From NCBI GenBank assembly GCA_030651895.1, contig JAUSBR010000012.1:54812-118811 (forward strand): a stretch of DNA of 64,000 nucleotides, given 5' to 3'. This DNA comes from Sideroxyarcus sp. GTDB taxonomy: Bacteria > Pseudomonadota > Gammaproteobacteria > Burkholderiales > Gallionellaceae. This document shows, piece after piece, positions 39,834-50,804 of this stretch. The notes beneath the pieces are model-generated. The model worked only from the letters and a program-made list of their open reading frames with translations. It was not told the origin of the DNA and made no database searches. Both the position numbers and the translations under genes were made by a program. The first letter of the stretch is position 1; each line of letters starts with the position of its first letter.

Positions 39834-40469
39834 ATGACAAAAGAAATATTGGTTGTGGATGATGAAGTGGGCATACGCGAGCTTTTATCTGAAATCCTGT
39901 TCGATGAGGGCTACCGCATCCATCTGGCGGAAAACGCGGGGCAGGCGCGCAACATCCGCGACCGCCAGCACCTTGATCTGGTGCTGCTCGATATCTGGAT
40001 GCCGGATACCGACGGGTTGAGCCTGCTCAAGGAATGGGTCGCGCAGGATAAATTGAGCATGCCGGTGATCATGATGTCGGGACACGGAACGATAGAGACC
40101 GCGATGGAAGCCATGCGCATCGGCGCCACGGATTTCCTGGAAAAGCCCATCGCCCTGCAAAAACTACTGTCCACAGTTGCAAAGGCGATCCAGCGCGGCA
40201 TCGCCCCGGCGCTGCCGGAACTGAAAGAGAGCGCTACCAAACCCGACAGCGAGGAGGGTTGCGCGCAAGTATCATTGCAGTTAGATTTGCCGCTCCGGGA
40301 AGCGCGCGAGCAATTCGATAGTCTGTATTTCAACTATCAGATGCAAAAAGAGAACGGGAACATCTCGCGCATCGCCGAAAAGGCGGGCATAGAACGCACG
40401 CATCTGTACCGAAAACTAAAACAACTGGGGATAAAACCCCTCAAAAAAAGCTCGGGCGAACAGCAATAG
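39834..40469 (+). CDS. NtrX-like response regulator (receiver + Fis HTH)
   Basis: LLDIWMPDTDG, MMSGHGTIETA, ERTHLYRKLK; no AAA+ domain. Confidence 0.9.
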   Translation: MTKEILVVDDEVGIRELLSEILFDEGYRIHLAENAGQARNIRDRQHLDLVLLDIWMPDTDGLSLLKEWVAQDKLSMPVIMMSGHGTIETAMEAMRIGATDFLEKPIALQKLLSTVAKAIQRGIAPALPELKESATKPDSEEGCAQVSLQLDLPLREAREQFDSLYFNYQMQKENGNISRIAEKAGIERTHLYRKLKQLGIKPLKKSSGEQQ

Positions 40470-40602
40470 GGTTGTCTATAACCATTCTGGGTTACTTGCC
40501 GAAGTTGCCCGAGGGGGCGTCGTTCAGGCATAATCAACGCCTTTCACAGAAATTAATACTGATTATTAATCCGCAAGAGAAGCTTATTTAGGAGGCAGGA
40601 AA

Positions 40603-42618
40603 ATGGCAGCAGTACGTAACGTAACTCCACCAAAATTCAATGACATCACCGGCGCGATCCGCATGCTGGCGGTGGATGCAGTGCAAAAGGCCAATTCCGG
40701 TCACCCCGGCGCGCCGATGGGCATGGCCGAGATCGCCGAAGTGCTGTGGAACCACCACCTGCGCCACAATCCTGCCAATCCGAAATGGCCCGACCGCGAC
40801 CGTTTCGTGCAATCCAACGGTCACGGCTCCATGCTGGTCTACGCGCTGCTGCATTTGTCCGGTTACGACCTGCCGATCGAAGAGATCAAGCGCTTCCGCC
40901 AGATGCACTCCAAGACACCGGGTCACCCCGAGTACGGTTACACCGTCGGCGTCGAAACCACCACCGGCCCGCTGGGTCAGGGCATCACCAACGCCGTGGG
41001 TATGGCGATGGCAGAAAAGCTGCTTGCCAACGAATTCAACAAACCCGGCCACACCATCGTCGATCACCACACTTATGTATTCATGGGCGACGGCTGCATG
41101 ATGGAAGGCATCTCGCACGAAGCCTGCGCGCTGGCCGGCACCTGGGGTCTGGGCAAGCTGGTCGCTTTCTGGGATGACAACAACATCTCCATCGACGGCC
41201 ACATCGACGGCTGGTACACCGACGATACCGCCAAACGTTTCGAAGCCTACGGCTGGCATGTCATCGCCAATGTACAGGGTCACGATCCGGAAGAACTGAA
41301 TGCCGCTATCGTTGCTGCCAAAGCTGTTACAGACAAGCCCACGCTGATCTGCTGCAAGACCATCATCGGCGTCGGTTCTCCGAACAAGGCAGGCACGCAC
41401 GACGTGCACGGCGCTGCATTGGGCGATGCAGAAGTCCAGGCGACCCGTGAGCACATCGGCTGGAAATATCCCCCGTTCGAGATCCCCAAGCATGTCTATG
41501 ACGCATGGGATGCGCGCACCAAAGGTGCCGGTCTGGAAAAGCTGTGGAACAACAAGTTCGCCGAATACAAAAAGGCTTTCCCGAAAGAAGCTGCAGAATT
41601 CGAACGCCGCACCAATGGCGACCTGCCGGCCAACTGGGCTGACCACGCTGCCAAGGCGATCGCTGCAGTCAACGAGAAAGCCGAGACCATCGCTACTCGT
41701 AAAGCCTCGCAGAATTCGATCAACGCACTGGTTCCGGCCCTGCCCGAATTCCTCGGCGGTTCCGCCGACCTGACCGGTTCCAACCTGACCAACTGGACAG
41801 GCGCGCACCATGTTTCCGGCAAGAAGCCAGGCAACTACATCAGCTACGGTGTGCGCGAATTCGGCATGTCGCACATCATGAACGGCATGGCACTGCACGG
41901 CGGCCTGTTGCCGTTCGGCGGCACCTTCCTGATGTTCTCCGAATATGCCCGCAACGCATTGCGCATGTCGGCATTGATGAAGCAGCGCGTGATCTATGTG
42001 TTCACCCACGACTCCATCGGTCTGGGCGAAGACGGCCCGACTCACCAGCCCGTCGAGCAAACCACGACCCTGCGTTACATCCCCAACATGGACACATGGC
42101 GTCCTTGCGACACCGTCGAGTCGATGGTTTCCTGGGTGTGCGCGGTCGAGCGCAAGACCGGCCCGTCTTCCTTGATCTTCAGCCGTCAGAACCTGCAATT
42201 CCAGAAACGCGACGCGAAGCAGATCGAGAACATCCGCAAGGGTGGTTACATTCTGTCCGAAGCAGCAGGCGGCAAGCCGCAAGCGATCATCATCGCCACC
42301 GGTTCCGAAGTCGATCTGGCCATCAAGGCACAGGCCGCTCTGGCTGCCGAAGGCGTCAACGTGCGCGTGGTGTCGATGCCGTCGACCAACGTGTTCGACC
42401 GTCAGGACCAGGCTTACAAGGACAGCGTGCTGCTCAAGGGCGTGAAGCGCGTGGCCGTTGAAGCCGGTGTGACCGGTCTCTGGTACAAATACGTCGGCCT
42501 CGAAGGCGCGGTCATCGGCATGGATTGCTTCGGCGAATCCGCTCCGGCACCGGAACTGTTCAAGCACTTCGGCTTCACCGTCGAGAACGTCGTCAAGACG
42601 GTCAAAGGCGTGCTGTAA
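40603..42618 (+). CDS. tkt: Transketolase
   Basis: [33 protein letters not shown]. Confidence 0.98.
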   Translation: MAAVRNVTPPKFNDITGAIRMLAVDAVQKANSGHPGAPMGMAEIAEVLWNHHLRHNPANPKWPDRDRFVQSNGHGSMLVYALLHLSGYDLPIEEIKRFRQMHSKTPGHPEYGYTVGVETTTGPLGQGITNAVGMAMAEKLLANEFNKPGHTIVDHHTYVFMGDGCMMEGISHEACALAGTWGLGKLVAFWDDNNISIDGHIDGWYTDDTAKRFEAYGWHVIANVQGHDPEELNAAIVAAKAVTDKPTLICCKTIIGVGSPNKAGTHDVHGAALGDAEVQATREHIGWKYPPFEIPKHVYDAWDARTKGAGLEKLWNNKFAEYKKAFPKEAAEFERRTNGDLPANWADHAAKAIAAVNEKAETIATRKASQNSINALVPALPEFLGGSADLTGSNLTNWTGAHHVSGKKPGNYISYGVREFGMSHIMNGMALHGGLLPFGGTFLMFSEYARNALRMSALMKQRVIYVFTHDSIGLGEDGPTHQPVEQTTTLRYIPNMDTWRPCDTVESMVSWVCAVERKTGPSSLIFSRQNLQFQKRDAKQIENIRKGGYILSEAAGGKPQAIIIATGSEVDLAIKAQAALAAEGVNVRVVSMPSTNVFDRQDQAYKDSVLLKGVKRVAVEAGVTGLWYKYVGLEGAVIGMDCFGESAPAPELFKHFGFTVENVVKTVKGVL

Positions 42619-42644
42619 ATCGACAAGAATTTTTAATTAGCTAA

Positions 42645-43661
<1,017 letters not shown>

Positions 43662-43672
43662 TCCATCCGATC

Positions 43673-43697
43673 AAGGGCTGGCTGATGCCAGCCCTTT
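43673..43697 (+). terminator. Stem-loop after gap (weak terminator or mRNA stabiliser)
   Basis: AAGGGCTGGC-TGAT-GCCAGCCCTT with short T tract. Confidence 0.6.
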
Positions 43698-43728
43698 CTG
43701 CATTTAAAGTCTGCAATAAGGAACAATC

Positions 43729-44910
43729 ATGTCCGTTATCAAAATGACCGACCTGGATCTGAAGGGCAAGCGTGTCCTGATCCGCTCCGACCTCAACGTG
43801 CCCGTCAAGGACGGCAAAGTCACTTCCGATGCGCGCATCACCGCATCCATGGCCACGATCAATGCCGCACTGAAAGCCGGTGCCAAAGTGATGGTGACTT
43901 CGCACCTCGGCCGTCCCGAAGAAGGCGTGTTCTCGGAAGAGAACTCGCTCAAGCCGGTCGCCGACACCATCGCGAACAAGCTGGGTAAGCCCGTGCGTCT
44001 GATTCGCGACTGGATCGACGGCGGCTTCAACGTCGCCGAGGGCGAGCTGGTGTTGCTGGAGAACTGCCGCTTCAACAAGGGCGAGAAGAAGAGCAACGAC
44101 GAACTGTCGAAGAAATATGCCGCACTCTGCGACGTGTTCGTGATGGACGCTTTCGGCACCGCGCACCGCGCCGAAGCCTCGACACACGGCGTGGCGAAGT
44201 TCGCACCCGTGGCCGCTGCCGGCATCCTGCTGACCGAAGAACTGGAAGCACTGACCAAGGCATTGCTGAGCCCGGCACGTCCGATGGTCGCCATCGTCGG
44301 CGGCTCCAAGGTCTCGACCAAGCTGACCGTGCTGGAATCGTTGTCCGAGAAGTGCGAACAGCTGGTGGTCGGCGGCGGTATCGCCAACACTTTCCTCAAG
44401 GCCATGGGCAACAACGTTGGCAAGTCGCTGTGCGAAGACGACCTGGTTCCGACTGCTCAAGCGCTGATCGAAAAAATGAAACAACGCGGCGCTAATATCC
44501 CCATCGCGGTGGATGTGGTCTGCGGCAAGAAGTTTGACGCCAACGAACCGGCGGTGCTGAAGAACGCCGGTGAAGTGGCCGACGACGACATGATCTTCGA
44601 CATTGGTCCAAAGTCTGCGCAAGAGTTGGCCGACATCATCATGAAGGCAGGCACCGTGGTGTGGAACGGTCCGGTCGGCGTGTTCGAGTTCGACCAGTTC
44701 GGCGAAGGTACCAAGACCATCGCCAAGGCCATCGCAGAAACCAGCGCTTTCACGCTGGCTGGCGGCGGTGACACCATCGCAGCGATTCAGAAGTACGACA
44801 TCTACGACAAGGTGTCCTACATCTCCACCGCCGGCGGTGCGTTCCTGGAATTCCTCGAAGGCAAGGTATTGCCGGCGGTGGAGATCCTGGAACAACGCGC
44901 CAAACAATAA
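43729..44910 (+). CDS. pgk: Phosphoglycerate kinase
   Basis: [31 protein letters not shown]. Confidence 0.99.
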   Translation: MSVIKMTDLDLKGKRVLIRSDLNVPVKDGKVTSDARITASMATINAALKAGAKVMVTSHLGRPEEGVFSEENSLKPVADTIANKLGKPVRLIRDWIDGGFNVAEGELVLLENCRFNKGEKKSNDELSKKYAALCDVFVMDAFGTAHRAEASTHGVAKFAPVAAAGILLTEELEALTKALLSPARPMVAIVGGSKVSTKLTVLESLSEKCEQLVVGGGIANTFLKAMGNNVGKSLCEDDLVPTAQALIEKMKQRGANIPIAVDVVCGKKFDANEPAVLKNAGEVADDDMIFDIGPKSAQELADIIMKAGTVVWNGPVGVFEFDQFGEGTKTIAKAIAETSAFTLAGGGDTIAAIQKYDIYDKVSYISTAGGAFLEFLEGKVLPAVEILEQRAKQ

Positions 44911-44925
44911 TCAACTAGGAATCAC

Positions 44926-46365
44926 ATGCTCCGCAGAACAAAAATATTAGCAACACTGGGGCCCGCTTCCAGCGACCAAAAGGTACTGGAACAAATGATC
45001 CGCGCGGGAGTGGACGTAGTACGGATGAACTTTTCACATGGCACGGCCCAGGACCACATGGGTCGCGCCGAAAAGGTGCGTGCGGCAGCCAAGGCGGCTG
45101 GCCGCACCGTCGGTATCCTGGCAGACCTGCAGGGACCGAAGATCCGCGTGCGCAAATTCGAGAACGACAAGATCACCCTGAACAAGGGTGACGCGTTCAT
45201 TCTGGATGCAACACTGGATGGCCTGGGCAACCAGGAGCGCGTCGGGCTGGACTACAAGGAACTGCCCAATGACGTGGATGTTGGCACCGTGCTGTTGCTC
45301 AACGATGGCATGCTCGAATTCCACGTCACCGGCGTCAAGGGTCCCGAAGTGCATTGCGTCGTCGTTCGCGGCGGCGTACTGTCCAACAACAAGGGAATCA
45401 ACCGCCAGGGCGGCGGGCTCACCGCTCCCGCGCTGACCGACAAGGACAAGGAAGACATCAAGACGGCCGCACTGATACAGGCGGACTTCCTGGCAGTTTC
45501 CTTCCCGCGTTCGGCCGATGACATGAAGCTGGCGCGCGAACTGATGGAAGCGGCCGGAGGCAAGAGCCTGCTGGTCGCCAAAATCGAGCGCGCCGAAGCC
45601 ATCCCCGTGCTGGGCGAGATTATCGATGCGTCCGATGCCATCATGGTGGCGCGCGGCGACCTGTCGGTTGAGGTCGGCGATGCTGCCGTGCCCGGTCTGC
45701 AGAAGAAGATGATCAAGATGGCCCGCGCGAGGAACAAGCTGGCCATCACCGCGACCCAGATGATGGAGTCGATGATCACGGCACCGATTCCGACCAGAGC
45801 GGAAGTGTCCGACGTGGCCAACGCCGTGCTGGACGGTACCGATGCGGTGATGCTCTCGGCAGAGACCGCCGTCGGCGACTATCCGGTCGAGACGATCGAA
45901 GCGATGGCGCGTATCTGCCTCAACGCCGAGAAGGAGACCGAGGAAAGCTCGTCCGATCGCCGCCTGGATCACAGCCAGTTCTCGCGTATCGACCAGTCCA
46001 TCGCCATGTCGGCGCTGTACGCTGCCTCTCACTTCAAGGTGAAGGCCATCGTTGCGTTGACCCAGTCCGGTTCGACCGCATTGTGGATGTCGCGTATCAA
46101 CGGCAACACGCCGATCTACGCGATGACCCCGATGGAAGCCACTCTGAGCAAGGTCACCCTGTTCAGCGGCGTGCATCCCATCGCGTTCAAGATCGGATCG
46201 CAAGACCACTCGGTCACGCTGCATCAGGCCGAAGATGAGTTGCACAGGCTCGGGCTGGTGCAGGATGGTGATCTGGTCGTGATGACCGTGGGCGAATCCA
46301 TCGGCACTGCCGGACACACCAATACCTTGAAGATCGTGCGCGTGGGCGACTACCGCAAAACTTAG
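44926..46365 (+). CDS. pyk: Pyruvate kinase
   Basis: RRTKILATLGP, RMNFSHG, MVARGDL, DGTDAVMLS. Confidence 0.98.
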   Translation: MLRRTKILATLGPASSDQKVLEQMIRAGVDVVRMNFSHGTAQDHMGRAEKVRAAAKAAGRTVGILADLQGPKIRVRKFENDKITLNKGDAFILDATLDGLGNQERVGLDYKELPNDVDVGTVLLLNDGMLEFHVTGVKGPEVHCVVVRGGVLSNNKGINRQGGGLTAPALTDKDKEDIKTAALIQADFLAVSFPRSADDMKLARELMEAAGGKSLLVAKIERAEAIPVLGEIIDASDAIMVARGDLSVEVGDAAVPGLQKKMIKMARARNKLAITATQMMESMITAPIPTRAEVSDVANAVLDGTDAVMLSAETAVGDYPVETIEAMARICLNAEKETEESSSDRRLDHSQFSRIDQSIAMSALYAASHFKVKAIVALTQSGSTALWMSRINGNTPIYAMTPMEATLSKVTLFSGVHPIAFKIGSQDHSVTLHQAEDELHRLGLVQDGDLVVMTVGESIGTAGHTNTLKIVRVGDYRKT

Positions 46366-46411
46366 GCAATAACTGTAAACGTATCTGTAAATTCAATTTC
46401 AGGAGGAATAA

Positions 46412-47476
46412 ATGGCACTCGTATCCCTGCGTCAACTACTCGATCATGCGGCTGAGCACAGCTATGGCCTGCCCGCATTCAACGTCAACAACCTGGAACA
46501 GGTGAAGGCGATCATGGAAGCGGCTGACGAGACCAACAGCCCCGTGATCATGCAAGGCTCCGCCGGTGCGCGCAAATATGCTGGCGAACCTTTCCTGCGT
46601 CACCTCATCGAAGCGGCCGTCGAGATGTATCCGCACATCCCCGTCGTCATGCACCAGGATCATGGCGCATCCCCGGCTGTCTGCATCAACGCCATCAAGT
46701 CCGGCTTCTCCAGCGTGATGATGGACGGCTCCCTGATGACAGACGGCAAGACACCGTCCTCGTTCGAATACAACGTCAACGTCACCCGCAGCGTCGTTGA
46801 AATGTCCCACGCAGTCGGTGTTTCCGTCGAAGGCGAACTGGGCTGCCTGGGTTCTCTCGAATCCGGCCACGGCGAGAAGGAAGACGGCCACGGTGCCGAA
46901 GGCGTGCTGAGCCACGACCAACTGCTGACCGACCCGAACGAAGCAGCCGAATTCGTCAAGGCGACGCAAGTGGATGCACTGGCGATCGCTATCGGCACCT
47001 CGCATGGCGCCTACAAGTTCACCAAGCCGCCCACAGGCGACACCCTGGCGATCAGCCGCATCAAAGAGATCCACGCCCGCATCCCCAACACCCACCTCGT
47101 CATGCACGGTTCTTCTTCCGTGCCGCAAGAGTGGCTGAAGATCATCAACGAGTTCGGCGGCGCGATGCCGCAGACCTACGGCGTGCCGGTCGAAGAGATC
47201 GTCGAAGGCATCAAGCACGGCGTACGCAAAGTGAACATCGACACCGACCTGCGCATGGCCTCCACCGGCGCAACCCGTCGCTACCTGGTGCAAAACCCCA
47301 AGGACTTCGACCCGCGGAAGTTCCTGGCCGAAACCACCAAGGCGATGAAGGCGATCTGCAAGGCACGTTACGAAGCCTTCGGTTCCGCCGGACAGGCAGG
47401 CAAGATCAAGCCGATCGCGCTGGACGCCATGGCAATGCGCTACATCAAGGGCGAACTGAACGCGATCGTGAAGTAA
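46412..47476 (+). CDS. fba: Fructose-bisphosphate aldolase class II (CbbA-type)
   Basis: [28 protein letters not shown]. Confidence 0.97.
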   Translation: MALVSLRQLLDHAAEHSYGLPAFNVNNLEQVKAIMEAADETNSPVIMQGSAGARKYAGEPFLRHLIEAAVEMYPHIPVVMHQDHGASPAVCINAIKSGFSSVMMDGSLMTDGKTPSSFEYNVNVTRSVVEMSHAVGVSVEGELGCLGSLESGHGEKEDGHGAEGVLSHDQLLTDPNEAAEFVKATQVDALAIAIGTSHGAYKFTKPPTGDTLAISRIKEIHARIPNTHLVMHGSSSVPQEWLKIINEFGGAMPQTYGVPVEEIVEGIKHGVRKVNIDTDLRMASTGATRRYLVQNPKDFDPRKFLAETTKAMKAICKARYEAFGSAGQAGKIKPIALDAMAMRYIKGELNAIVK

Positions 47477-47494
47477 TCATCGCTTCAGGCAGCA

Positions 47495-47526
47495 AATAAA
47501 AAGCGACCTTCGGGTCGCTTTTTATT
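47495..47526. terminator. Bidirectional intrinsic terminator between fba and the cassette array
   Basis: AATAAAAAGCGACC-TTCG-GGTCGCTTTTTATT. Confidence 0.92.
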
Positions 47527-47600
47527 GCGTAGAAAATTGCGATTTATTGGGAGAATCTATATCGAGCCTGGCCCCAATAGCCAAGATTTCACTTCTTCGC

Positions 47601-48437
47601 TCATAACCAAGACTCTGGATACTTGCCGCCGAATGCGCCGGGAGAGTACTGATGAAGCAGTTCGTCTGCAGGGACGGTATCGTTTGGAATTGTTTTCAGA
47701 AGCGCAAACTCTTCGACCAACGGCTTAAATTTTTCGCTTCCCCACGCCGATAGACAGTTGTAAAAGATGAGCTTCAATTCCGCGCTCGAAAGCTGCGCTC
47801 GCACAAGATTCGTGTAGAAGCGTTTGTCAATTCCATCCATCCGCTTGACGAGTTTTACGATGTTGTACAGCAGACGGAAATAGTGTCCCAATGCGGCTTG
47901 GTGCTCCCGATAAAAGATGTCGTAGAACAACGCAAATTGCTCGAGTTTGTCTGTTGCGGCTTCGTTTATCAGGGTGCCTTCGAGTTCGTTGAGATAGTGT
48001 GCGAAGCACGCGCGTCCTTTGAGTGAAGAACTTAGTACCTCCATTGATGCCACGATGTCGTTATGAAGGCGAAGCAGTTGAAAAAATGTGGCCTCGAATG
48101 TTTGTTGGCGAAGCGTCTCGTTTTGATGGATAAGCGCGTCGGCAGAGTTCTTTAGCTCTCTTGCAGATATGCGCAACTCGCGAATCTGTAGCCCAAGTGT
48201 GGCAAGTAAGGCCAATAGTGCTAGGAAGCTAAAGGTCGGGTTGAGTACGCCGCCGACGTAGTCGCCGAACTGCCCCCATCTCCCTGGGTCATCGGAAAGC
48301 GGGCCAATGAAGTTGAACGTGAAGAATCCAATAACTACGACTGCCGCAGCGAAGCCGGCATACGCAAGTGTAGTAAGTCGCTTCACATGGATTGTCGCGG
48401 CGGTAATCTCTTCTGCGGGGTCGAGTTCTTCGGGCAT
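47601..48437 (-). CDS. Putative phage abortive-infection protein (putAbiC-like, 2 TM), second cassette
   Basis: GQFGDYVGG, FFQLL, GHYFRLLYNIVK, LVRAQLSSAE motifs recognised from memory; ATG 48437 lies just past the attC, whereas the ORF-track start 48476 is inside it. Confidence 0.75.
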   Translation of the reverse strand: MPEELDPAEEITAATIHVKRLTTLAYAGFAAAVVVIGFFTFNFIGPLSDDPGRWGQFGDYVGGVLNPTFSFLALLALLATLGLQIRELRISARELKNSADALIHQNETLRQQTFEATFFQLLRLHNDIVASMEVLSSSLKGRACFAHYLNELEGTLINEAATDKLEQFALFYDIFYREHQAALGHYFRLLYNIVKLVKRMDGIDKRFYTNLVRAQLSSAELKLIFYNCLSAWGSEKFKPLVEEFALLKTIPNDTVPADELLHQYSPGAFGGKYPESWL

Positions 48438-48457
48438 GGCGCGGTCGGGATAGTGAA

Positions 48458-48527
48458 ATCTAGCATCTGAATTCACCGGAGCTGCGCGGCTTCATCGCGC
48501 AGCGTCCGGTAGAATGATGGGTTAGCC
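48458..48527 (-). mobile_element. Integron attC site (degenerate)
   Basis: Minus strand GGCTAAC(R'')-5 bp-ATTCTACC(L'')-GG-AC-GCTGCGCG-ATGAAGC-CGCGCAGC-T-CC-GGTGAAT(L')-6 bp-GCTAGAT(R'); 70 bp with canonical spacing. Confidence 0.88.
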
Positions 48528-49147
48528 GATCTTTGTAGACGACCGGTGATGTATTGGACTCTGCTGCTAACTCTCTGATGCCATTCCGTCGTTGGAGACA
48601 ATGGTTCTGGATACTTGAGTCTCGCCATCATGTACGAAATGCTTTCTTGTGATGTTGTTTCTAAGTTTGGTTTGCAAGCACAAGTCAGCGCGGACAGCCC
48701 ATGCCGACCTGAGCCATAAAAGGCTTTGCCCAAGTAAGCCTTGGCGATCTGTGCTTTTGATCGTTTGCTGGAAAGTGCGACGGCAACCAACTGTTCACGC
48801 AACTTACGGCGCAAGGTTTTTTCGTAGCATTCCAGAACGACCCGAACCAGTTGCTGCTCTATGGTACTAGCTCCCTGAACTCGACCAGTTCGCGCCCAAA
48901 GTAGCAGAACACGCAGCACTGAAATGGGGTCGACGCCCGGATGAATCAAACTCCGATGATCCTCCGCGGTTACCAGCGTAACTACGAAGCGATTTGGAAT
49001 TGATGGTGCTGCATCGACAGCTGCCAGACACCGCTGTAGGTCATCGTGCAGCCCGCACAGCCTGAACCTGATCATCACGCGCGAAACAAGGATCAATGGT
49101 AACGCCAGCATGTATAAGACCACTTTCAAAATGGCTTGCATTGCCAC
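48473..49147 (-). CDS. Stand-alone GT51 peptidoglycan transglycosylase-domain protein
   Basis: N-terminal TM; AEDHRS..HPGVD, GASTIEQQLV, RKLRE, KAQIAKAYL correspond to GT51 motifs 1-4; stop codon lies inside attC. Confidence 0.82.
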   Translation of the reverse strand: MAMQAILKVVLYMLALPLILVSRVMIRFRLCGLHDDLQRCLAAVDAAPSIPNRFVVTLVTAEDHRSLIHPGVDPISVLRVLLLWARTGRVQGASTIEQQLVRVVLECYEKTLRRKLREQLVAVALSSKRSKAQIAKAYLGKAFYGSGRHGLSALTCACKPNLETTSQESISYMMARLKYPEPLSPTTEWHQRVSSRVQYITGRLQRSANPSFYRTLRDEAAQLR

Positions 49148-49620
49148 TTGACCTTCCCACTCTGATCCGCGACCATTGATGAAAAGTTGCCGTGAAAGGT
49201 ATCTGCACAGTCCGAAGCTATTTCGTAAAAGGTTGTTGATTCGCGCCCATGGCCATCCTCAACCACATGGAGATAAATCCTGTCCTTCCCAAAATAATTC
49301 TTTTCTACGTAGCCAGTGACAGTTGCGCGCGTTCGATTTTCTCCGGTGAATGTGCGCTCACCCGTTGAAGATTTTTCGTATATTTTTTCCGCCGTACCCT
49401 CCACTCTATTGCCCTCATGCCAGAGCATCACAACGTACCTCAATATCATCCCAGCATAGGGTGTGTACGCTGTTGTCTGAGTTGTTTGCTCTAAGTGCCA
49501 GCGACCGGTTAATTTCGGAAGCGGAAACAATTTTTCTTTAGCGAGGAAGAAGAGAACGGCCAATACGACTCCACCCACTACGGTAGCAAGAAGATCTGCC
49601 CAGAAACTTGCAAAGCTCAT
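49126..49620 (-). CDS. Single-TM beta-strand-rich hypothetical protein
   Basis: AGGA SD after core site; TM helix, then PKLTGRW and alternating beta-strand pattern; overlaps the next gene. Confidence 0.8.
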   Translation of the reverse strand: MSFASFWADLLATVVGGVVLAVLFFLAKEKLFPLPKLTGRWHLEQTTQTTAYTPYAGMILRYVVMLWHEGNRVEGTAEKIYEKSSTGERTFTGENRTRATVTGYVEKNYFGKDRIYLHVVEDGHGRESTTFYEIASDCADTFHGNFSSMVADQSGKVKWQCKPF

Positions 49621-49638
49621 ATGGATGTCCTATGGGTG

Positions 49639-49840
49639 GGCTAACTTAAATTCGATACCATGAGTGTCTGATAATCTGGACTTGAATGTCGGATAATCCG
49701 AGCGGAAAGTTCCAATCCATTGATTTGCTTAGGCCAGCCTCTCATAAACACCCCATCCTCGCCAGAAAAAACGACATCACCCTTTGTGATCTGATTATGT
49801 CTCCGGTACGCACCGTAACTGCCCAATCCTGCCCCGTCAA
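49639..49840 (-). promoter_or_regulatory. attI-like site and Pc-like promoter; no intI adjacent
   Basis: Core site without an attC hairpin upstream; imperfect direct repeats GTCTGATAATCTG/GTCGGATAATCCG; minus strand TTGACG-17 bp-TACGGT (49840-49812) pointing into the cassettes. Confidence 0.5.
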
Positions 49841-49897
49841 TATGCCAAACGGCCTATACCTTTTGAAGTTGTGAAGGTGACGCGATGCAGTGCCTGA

Positions 49898-50791
49898 TCA
49901 GGCCTGCGACTCGCTCAGCAGGAAGCGTTCGAACTCCTGTGCCGCCACCGAAGGCCGCTTGTCCTTGCGGTGCACGATGTACCAGTGGCGTACGATGGGG
50001 AAGTGATCCACGTCGAGCACCACGAGTCGCTTGGTCTCCAGTTCCATCTCGATGCCGTGGCGCGAGATGATGCCGATGCCGATGCCGGCCTGCACAGACT
50101 GTTTGATGGCTTCGTTGGTGTCCATCTCCATGTGTGCGGGCAGGGCGAGTTTGTGGCTGGCAAAGAAGCGTTCCACCACGCCGCGCGTACCGGAACCTTG
50201 TTCGCGCAGCAGGAAGGTCTCGCTGGCCAGTTGCTTGGGCTGGATGTCGCTGGCGCGCGCCAGCGGGTGCGTCGGTGCGGCGATCACCACCAGTGGGTTC
50301 TCCATGAAGGCCTCGGCGCGCATTTCTGTTCCCTGCGGCGGCTGGCCCATGATGGCGAGGTCGGTGGTGTTGTCCGATAGCTGTTTGATGACGGCATCGC
50401 GGTTGGCAACGGAAAGGCTGACCTTGATCTTGGGATGGGCCTGGATGAACTTGGCCAGCAGTTGCGGCATGAAGTAGTTGGCGGTGCTGACCACGGAGAT
50501 GCTGAGGTGGCCGCGCTCCAGCCCCTTCATCTCGTCGAACACCGATTCCATCTCGTCCATCAATTGCAGCATCGAGCGGGCATAGTGCAGCAGCTCCTCC
50601 CCGGCAGCGGTGAGGTGAAGTTTCTTGCCGGTCTGCTCGAACAAGGGTAGACCGACAGCAGTCTCGGCCTGCTTGATCTGCATGGACACCGCCGGTTGCG
50701 ACAAAAACAGCTCGGCCGCCGCACGCGAGTGGTTAAGATGGCGGGCCACGCTTTCGAAGACCTGCAGTTGGCGGATGGAGATGGGCAGCAT
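49898..50791 (-). CDS. cbbR: LysR-type regulator CbbR
   Basis: RQLQVF..RAAAELFLSQPAVSMQIK, REQGSGTR, NEAIKQ; divergent from RuBisCO. Confidence 0.92.
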   Translation of the reverse strand: MLPISIRQLQVFESVARHLNHSRAAAELFLSQPAVSMQIKQAETAVGLPLFEQTGKKLHLTAAGEELLHYARSMLQLMDEMESVFDEMKGLERGHLSISVVSTANYFMPQLLAKFIQAHPKIKVSLSVANRDAVIKQLSDNTTDLAIMGQPPQGTEMRAEAFMENPLVVIAAPTHPLARASDIQPKQLASETFLLREQGSGTRGVVERFFASHKLALPAHMEMDTNEAIKQSVQAGIGIGIISRHGIEMELETKRLVVLDVDHFPIVRHWYIVHRKDKRPSVAAQEFERFLLSESQA

Positions 50792-50804
50792 GGGGGGGAT
50801 TTAT

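Larger units (their letters stand above)
48464..49644 (-). mobile_element. Two-gene integron cassette
   Basis: Starts at core site G/TTAGCC (49645-49639), exactly complementary to the inverse core GGCTAAC of the downstream attC; no room for a promoter; visibly lower GC than flanks. Confidence 0.85.

Noticed and set aside
39834-40469. NtrX lacking an AAA+ domain as a possible pseudogene
   Set aside because: Short receiver-HTH NtrX forms are normal in this group and the ORF is intact.
40588-42567. Long antisense ORFs (also 10727-12436, 17472-19169, 29693-31633, 50884-52347 and others)
   Set aside because: Shadows of highly biased GC-rich genes on the opposite strand; no recognisable motifs.
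47527-47600. Possible attC after the Abi-like gene
   Set aside because: Only a weak TATTGGG/CCCAATA inverted repeat; no RYYYAAC/GTTRRRY boxes.
49686-49874. 62-aa plus-strand ORF where intI would be expected
   Set aside because: No tyrosine-recombinase or IntI N-terminal motifs (e.g. HYS..TE..Y); probably spurious.
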